Origin: the human T2T-CHM13v2.0 reference genome, Homo sapiens
Reading direction: 5' to 3' (one strand)
DNA length: 64,000 nt
NCBI RefSeq assembly: GCF_009914755.1
Contig: NC_060941.1
Positions 56,542 to 64,000 of this stretch are shown piece by piece. The position numbers and the translations under genes are program-made. The notes under the pieces are model-generated. The model searched no databases. It was not told the DNA's origin and worked only from the letters and a program-made list of their open reading frames with translations. The stretch's first letter is position 1. Each line of letters starts with the position of its first letter.

Positions 56542-58797
56542 GACGGCGGGGAAGCAGGGATCCCCCCAGGAGACGTGCAGGGCAGCAGGGGTCCGCGTCA
56601 CACCACTGTCTGCCTTCCCTTCTTGGTGAGTGCGGCCCACCCCGGGTAGCTAGAGCAGGAGCATGCATCTCAGCCCTGTCCACTTCCTTCAAGCTGCCAG
56701 GACCTCTGAGTCCCCTTCGTGGCCCTGCTGGGACCCCCTCCCTCGAGTTTCCAGAAGGGCCCAAGGCAACCTGGGAAGCCGGGTGGCGGTTCTGCCCATG
56801 CCTCCCCTTTGGGCCTCCCTGGAATCAGGAGATGCAGCCCCCTGGGGAAGGGACAGAAGGTACAAAGAGGGCCTGTCTCAGACAGGGGCGCTTTCAGGCA
56901 GGCACCACCCCAGGCCACTGGCATAGACAACTTTCACCTTTCGGTTTGTTTAGAATTAGCAGTGTTAATTTTACACAGCTCTGATTTAACGTTGTATGTG
57001 GTGACTATCCCATCAGGCATGTCAAACAGACACATCAAAAGTCAAATCAAAATATGCCACTTCCCACATCACAAATGTGACTCAGACAATGAACATAAAA
57101 CTTGACTTGGTGGCTGAGTTACCTTATTAAAATAGTTGGAAGTGATTTCTGTTAATGTAACAGCTGAGAAATGGTTTAAATGAGATCTCTTCTTTGAACT
57201 TCACACGTTAATTCCCACTAACTTGCTAAAGGAAAATTCTATCTAAGAGGACCTACCTGATTTATTTGTTATGACTGGGTCTTCATGTTACCCCTCGATT
57301 CGGAACATGAATTTCTGGTTCAAACTGTGCCTCCTCCACTTCAATTACATCCTTGGTGTTTAGTGGCACCGTTTTCACGTGACTCCTGCTACCCAAGAAT
57401 CAAAAGCAGCAGAAGCCCGTGCTCAGCAGGTCCTGAGGCTGCGGCGACCCCACGCCTCCCACTGCCCTAATACGCGGGACTGAATCTCCAAAGAGGAAAA
57501 CCAAAATCAGGAGCCCAGGGTTGATCGGAGGCCAAAAGCTTCCACAATGAATATGGAATTTTTACTTCCCAGTTAAGAAGAAGAGAGGCCTTACGAGGTT
57601 TTCCATTTCCCTGCCCCGTGAGACAGCTGGCATTCTTTAAGAAAAGCATTAAAAATCATCGTGTATTCCAGGAAAGTGTGTGTCCCTGAAGAAGTGGCAC
57701 ATCCCAGAATCTCTGAACTCTGGTGATGGGAGGACCCAGGAGGGCTCCTCAGGAGGGTCCGGGCCTGTTCTCTGTGCACTCCAAGTGCTGAGTGCCTGGG
57801 ATCAAAGCCCTCATGCTGTCTTCAGGAGCCCTGCTCAGAAACCTGACACCGGGCCAGGAGCTCAGGGCGAGGGACTCTGCACACCCTTTCAACGTGGGGG
57901 ACCCTCTCCGCTTCCCAGCCAGGAAGCTGCACCAGACACTCACAAAGGTGACTTTGTGCCCGTGAACTCGGCTGCAGCCCACAGTTTGGGCTTGCTGCCG
58001 CCGGTGCAGACAGGAAATAGCTGCTCTGCGGCAGCCCGACCCCGTGGCCACAGAGCAGCCTCTGTTCCTTGGTAATCGTCAACATCTGGCAGGCACCTCC
58101 ACGCCCCTCCGCCCCCACCATACGCTGCTGGCTGGAGGCTCCCGTGCAATGCCAGGTGTGTTGGGAGAGGACAGGCTATACCCACAAGCTGGGCTGGAAG
58201 TAAGGAAATCGCTTTAAAAGCAGGAAAACAAATTCGCTTCCCCACGCTTTAACCACTGGTACCTGTAAGAGGCCATCAATGGAATATTCATCTTCTCCAA
58301 ATGTAAAAAGTAAATCTAAATGGAAGAAGGTCTTTTTCTTCCCCCGCTTTTCCGCGTGACACAGGATGTTATGGAATAGAACTTGAAAGCTGGTGAAGCA
58401 GATTTGATGCGGAAAGCAAAGCTCATCAAGGAACCCTGATCACTGTGAACTCACTTAATGGAATAGTTGATGCCGTCATCATAAACAGCACCAACGTTAG
58501 AAGCCAGTGATCCTTATACTAAGGTTTCAGTTTTACTGCAGATCAAAATTACATTTTCAAAATTCAGAAAGCATTTCATTACATGGTGCGATCACAAGAA
58601 ATCCGTAATGTTGGGGCGTATTACTCCCACAACCTCGCTATTAGAGGTGGACGTCCTGGCACCCCTCATGGGGTGCAGAGCACCTTTCTCCTCTTGGACT
58701 GAGGTGTGCAGCTGGCTGCCCCCGCTCCTCCCTGTCCCACTAACCTGACCATACCCCCACGAGGCAGAGTGCCTTTCTCCTGCCCTGGAGTGGGGCT

Positions 58798-61700
58798 GAC
58801 ACAGTCTCGAACACCATAATCCAGGATGTTGAAATCCTGAAAGATCAAAATCCCTAAAGTCTAAAATCCCCCAAATCACAATCCTGAAAAATGTAGTTCT
58901 TGAAAAAATAATTTTAAAAATTCTTTACCCCATTTACCCTAATATAGTTATTACACTTTGCATGCCTTTATCAAAATATCTCATGTGCTCCATAATTATA
59001 TACACCTACTATGTGTCCATAAAAATTTAAAAAATTCTTTATCTCAAATGTTAGCGAGAAAAAGGAAAAAATAAATAATGATTTGAAAGACATTTGCTTA
59101 CAATTTTAAAAAGAAGACTTATTTGAGAAATGTACAAAAACATGACAGCATGCTTCATAGGCCACTTTACACAATAAAACAGACAATACTAACACACACA
59201 TTTTTACAAGCATAAACACTCAAGTACACTAATGACAGTCACATGGGTATAACGGTTAATGAGCAGATGAACCGTATTCATAAAGAAATAGCTCCTGTCA
59301 TCTGAAATATTCTGTTGGACAACCTAAGTCTTTGGACAAGATCCATCAAAAACCATGATGGTTGTATATGTGTGGTTTTATTTCTGAGATCTCTATTCTG
59401 TTCTGTTGGCCTATGTGTCTGTTTTTGTACCAGTACCATGCTGTTTTGGTTACTGTAGACTTGTAGTATAGTTTGAAGTCAGGGAGTGTGATGTCTCCAG
59501 CTTTGTTCTTTTTGCTTAGGACTGTCTTGGTTATACAGGCTCTTTTTCAGTTCTACATGAATTTTAAAGTAGTTTTTTCTAATTCTGTGAGGAATGTCAA
59601 TGGTAATTTAATGGGAATAGCATTGAATCTATAAGTTACTTTGGGCAGTATGGCCATTTTCACGATATTGATTCTTCCTATCCATGAGCATGGAATATTT
59701 TTCCATTTGTTTGTGTCCTCTCTTATTTCCTTGAGCAGTGGTTTGTAGTTCTCCTTGAAGAGGTCCTTCACCTCCCTTGTTAGCTGTATTCCTAGGTATT
59801 TTATTCTCTTTGTAGCAATTGTGAATGGAAGTTCATTCATGATTTAGCTCTCTGCTTGTCTACTGTTGGTGTATAGGAATGCTTGTGATTTTTGCACATT
59901 GATTTTGTATCCTGAGACTTTGCTGAAGTTGCTTATCAGCTTAAGGAGCTTTTGGGCTAAGATGATGAAGTTTTCTAAATATAGGATCATGTTGTCTGCA
60001 AACAGAGCTTCGACAAACCTGACAAAAACAAGTAATGGGGAAAGGATTCCCTGTTTAATAAATGGTGCAGGGAAAACTGGCTAGCCATATGCAGAAAACT
60101 GAAACTGGAGCCCTTCTTTACACCTTATACAAAAATTAACTCAAGATGGATTAAAGACTTAAACGTAAAACCCAAAACTACAAAAACCCTACAAGAAACT
60201 CTAGGCAATACCATTCGGGACATAGGCATGGGAAAATATTACATGACAAAAACATCAAAAGCAATTACAACAAAAGCAAAATTGACAAATGGGACCTAAT
60301 TAAACTAAAGAGCTTCTGCACAGCAAAAGAAACTACACCATCAGAGTGAACAGACAAGCTATGGAATGGGGGAAAATTTTTGCAATCTGTCCATCTGACA
60401 AAGGTCTAATATCTGGAATCTACAAGGAACTTAACTTTACAAGAAAAAACAAACAACCCATCAAAAAGTGGGCAAAGGACATGAACAGACACTTCTCAAA
60501 AGAAGACATTTAGGCAGCAACAAACATATGATAAAAAGCTCAACATCACTGATCATCAGAGAATTGAAAACCAAAACCACAATGAGATACCACCTCAAGC
60601 CAGTCAGAATGGCGATTTTTTAAAAATCAAGAAACAACAGATGCTGGCAAGGCTGTGGAGAAGTAGGGATGCTTTTACACTGTTGGTGGGAATGTAAATT
60701 AGTCCAACCATTGTGTAAGACAGTGTGGTGATTCCTCAAGGATCTACAACCAGAAATGCCATTTGACCCAGCAATCCTACTACTGGTACATACCCAAAGG
60801 AATACAGATCATTCTATTATAAAGGTACATGCACGCGTATGTTCACTGCAGCACCATTCACAATAGCAAAGACATGTAATCAACCCAAATGCCCATCAAT
60901 GATAGACTGGATAAAGAAAATGTGGTATACCATGGAATATTATGTAGTCATAAAAATGAATGAGATCATGTACTTTGCAGGGACATAGATGGAGGTGGAA
61001 GCCATTATCCTCAGCAAACCAAAACAGGAACAGAAACCCAAACACTGCATGTTCTCACTCATAAGTGGGAGCTGAACAATGAGAACATATGGACACGGGG
61101 GGAACAACACACACTACGGCCTGTTGTGGAGGTGGGGGAAGGGAGGGCATCAGGAAAAATAGCTAATGCATGCAGGGCTTAATACCTAGGTGGTGGGTTG
61201 ATGGGTGCAGCAAACCACCATGGCACAGGTTTGCCTATGTAACAAATGTACCCCCCATTCTGCACATGTATTCTGGAACTAAAAAAAAAAAAAAAAAAAA
61301 AGATGGTTACCACCACATACACATTCACCCCAAAAGCCAAGATCTCAAGAAATTTCATCTTTCATAAATGCAGATGTACAAAAAGGACATCTTTTCATTT
61401 ACTAAGGAAGTTTCAACGTTTTTACGGACATGCACAATGCTTACAAAGTCAACATTGTTGATAGTGCACCTTTGTGGAGTCGAATTTGCAAAAAGATGCA
61501 TAAATGAATTACAGCTCTGTAAAAGAAATGATGCAAAGGTGAAACACAAGCATAGTGATTGTAAAACATAATGCTGACAATTTAAAATAGAAAAAACAAA
61601 CAAAAATAGAAAAAATTACAAACAATAAAAAACTAAACAGAAAATCTGATTTATGAAAAAGTATACCACAGGAGTATATTACGGGCAATTGCACAGAAAC

Positions 61701-62500
61701 AGTCCCTAAGAGCTGGCTGACTTTCACAATCATTAAGTGTATTTTGAAGGTTTGCATCACAATGGATAACCGCTTTCTTTTAAGACATGGCTTCCTTGGA
61801 GAATGAGCTCACATTCATCTTCTCTGCGGCACTGCTCTTTTTGAAACTCCTCTGTGATTTGACACACACCAGGATAAGCCTTCTCCTTACATTTTCCCGT
61901 CTTCCATGCTGTGCTTCTGTGTTGTTCTGGGTACGTGGATATGCATTCTGCATGCCCTCTTGTACAGACCCCAGGTTTAATACAAACCATACTGGTGATG
62001 GAACAGAACACTGTTGTGTAAGTGTCTTCTTATCCTACTATACACACAATTATTTTGAAGCAGTCAGTCACTTTGCTGGTTTCTTTGGGCAAATGTGGCC
62101 ATGATTCCCTAAAAGCTCTCAGTGTGTGATCAGCTGGGAGGAACGCCAACGCAGGCAGTGTCATCAGCAGGAACGCCAACACAGGCAAGAGACTCGCCAT
62201 CGTAGGCAAGAGACTCAACTCATTTTTAAACGGAAGTTTCTGTCACTGCCATATCACGTGGCCAAGCCACTCATCTGGATTTTGCACCAAATGCATTGGA
62301 CTGAATGGAAAAAACAAACTTTATTGGTAACAACTTGAAATTCACTTACAGAAGACTTGATGGCACCTAATTCCAAATCCATCATTATAGTTTGGGGATT
62401 CAGTTAGATGCTAGGAATTTTAGATTTGGGGATTTTGATCTTTAGGGATTTCAAATTTCAGAATTACAGCACTGGAGATTCTGTCTTCCAGGACTGTGAC
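58798..62500 (-). mobile_element. Ricksha-like MULE/MuDR DNA transposon split by L1 insertions
   Basis: ~70-bp inverted termini (58798-58870 vs 62414-62485); minus-strand translation NPQTIMMDLELGAIK...VCFFHSVQCIWCKIQMSGL is a MULE transposase D...CxxH segment. Confidence 0.82.
59357..61301 (+). mobile_element. L1PA with 5' inversion (59357-60007 inverted, 60008-61301 sense) and A tail
   Basis: Minus-strand ORF2 piece [20 protein letters not shown]; sense 3' end and A21 tail; TSD gatggtt. Confidence 0.95.
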
Positions 62501-62507
62501 AGGCACT

Positions 62508-62840
62508 GGTTGAAGCCCTAACCCCCTATTTGAGGTATTGTGGAAATGGGGCCTCTGGGAGATGATTAGATTTCACGTGAGGGTGGGGCTCTACTGGGAT
62601 CAGTGTCTTTATAATAAGAGACACCACAGAGCCTGCTCTCTCTCCCTCTGTCTCTGCCATATCAGGGTTCAGAGAAAAGGTGGGTGTCTGCAAGCCAGGA
62701 AGAGCCACATCAGAAAGCAAGCCCTGCCAGGTCTTGATCTAAGACTTTCCAGCTTCCAGAATTGTGAGAAAATAAATTCTGTTGTTTAAGCCACCTAGCC
62801 TCTGGCATTTTGTTATGGCAGCCTGAGCTGATTAAGATAA
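62508..62840 (+). mobile_element. MaLR (MLT1-like) LTR
   Basis: gttgaagccctaacccc...gtgagaaaataaattctgttgtttaagccacc...gcagcctgagctgattaagata. Confidence 0.75.
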
Positions 62841-63023
62841 TAATCCAGATCGTAGATGAAAATTAACTAAAAAATGGATTGTAGATCTGTATGTAAAACC
62901 CAAAACTATACACTTTTTAGAAGAAAACAGGAGGAAAACTTTTGTGAACTGGGTTAGCCAAAGATTTCTTAGATACAACATCAAAACCACATCCATGGGC
63001 GGGGAGTGGGGAGCAAGGTGGCT

Positions 63024-63305
63024 GATATGGTTTGGCTGTGTCCCTACCCAAATCTCATCTTGAATTGTACTCCCATAATTCCCACGTGTTGTGGGAAGGA
63101 CCCAGTGGGAGATAACTGAATCATGAGGGCAGTTTCCCCCATACTGTTCTCATGGTAGTGAATAAGTCTCACAAGATCTGATGGTTTTACATGGGGTTTC
63201 CGATTTCGCTTCTCTCTCATTCTCTCTTTGCCTGTCGCCATCCACGTAAGCTTGGTCCTCCTTGCCTTCTGCCATGATTGTGAGGCCTCCCCAGCCAAGT
63301 GGAAT
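63024..63305 (+). mobile_element. THE1 LTR (3'-truncated)
   Basis: tgatatggtttggctgtgtccctacccaaatctcatcttgaattgtactcccataattccc is the THE1 LTR start. Confidence 0.88.
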
Positions 63306-63344
63306 GCAGATGCAGCTTAGATCGCAACACTCAAGTCCTACTGA

Positions 63345-64000
63345 CTACCTGGAAAGCCTTTCCAAGAAGGACAGGTACGAACAAACATAGACTGCAAAGA
63401 CTATATGACAAATACCTATCTCTGCAATGCCCAGACACAGATGAACATCCATAAGCATCAAGACCATCCTGGAAAACATGACCTTACCAAATGAACTAAA
63501 TGAGGCACCAGGGACCAATCCTGGAGAAACAGAGATATGTGACCTTTCAGTCAGAGAATTCAAAGTAGTTGTTCTGAGGAAACTCAGAGAAATTCAAGAT
63601 AACACAGAAGGTATTCGGAATTCTATTTAAAAAAATTAACAAAGAGATTAAAATAATTAAAAAGAAGCAGAAATTCTGGAGCTGAAAAATGCAGTTGACA
63701 TACTAAAGAATGAATCAGAACTTTTTAATAGCAGAATTGATCAAGCAGAAGAATTAGTGAGCTTGAAGAAAGGCTATTTGAAAATACATAGTCAGAGAAG
63801 ACAAAATAAAAAAGAATAAACAATAATGAAGCATGCCTACAATATCTAGAAAATCACCTCAAAAGGGCAAATCTAAGAGTTATTGGCCCTAAAAAGGAGG
63901 TAGAGAGATAGGGGTAGAAAATTTATTCAAAGGGATAATAACTTCCCAAACCTAGAGAAAGCTATCAATATCCAAGAATAAAGAGGTTATAGAACACCAA
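63345..64000 (+). mobile_element. L1 (L1MA/PB-like) 5'/ORF1 region, runs off the window
   Basis: gacctttcagtcagagaattcaaa...gatcaagcagaagaattagtgagcttgaaga...aacttcccaaacctagagaaa. Confidence 0.85.

Overview
Human (primate) subtelomeric genomic DNA, recognised as chr17q25.3 from the encoded proteins. The + strand carries the last 9 coding exons of TBCD (tubulin-folding cofactor D, ...CERIMCC...LVPQPGAC*), 522-14079. The - strand carries the last 6 coding exons of B3GNTL1/QTGAL (queuosine-tRNA galactosyltransferase, GT2 family, VFTSNG...DFLHFS*), 37387-18551, plus a probable non-coding last exon. Everything right of 37387 is one large QTGAL intron. The two genes converge, and their poly(A) signals imply up to ~3.7 kb of tail-to-tail antisense overlap. 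The rest is transposon-derived (Alu, L1PA, old L1M, Tigger1 with a nested MER85, Tigger2a, Ricksha/MuDR, MER20, MaLR and other LTRs) and unusually dense in GC-rich minisatellites. There is no prokaryotic or CRISPR system, and I cannot claim a wholly new system. The best leads are the antisense overlap with a bidirectional poly(A) site, a Rossmann-like C-terminal module in QTGAL, a 61/62-bp VNTR open in all three frames with Kozak-like ATGs, a MER85 (CSB-PGBD3 site), apparent sequence exchange between two L1 copies, and VNTRs that multiply TF or splice-site motifs. Repeat family names come from remembered consensus sequences and need RepeatMasker/Dfam confirmation.
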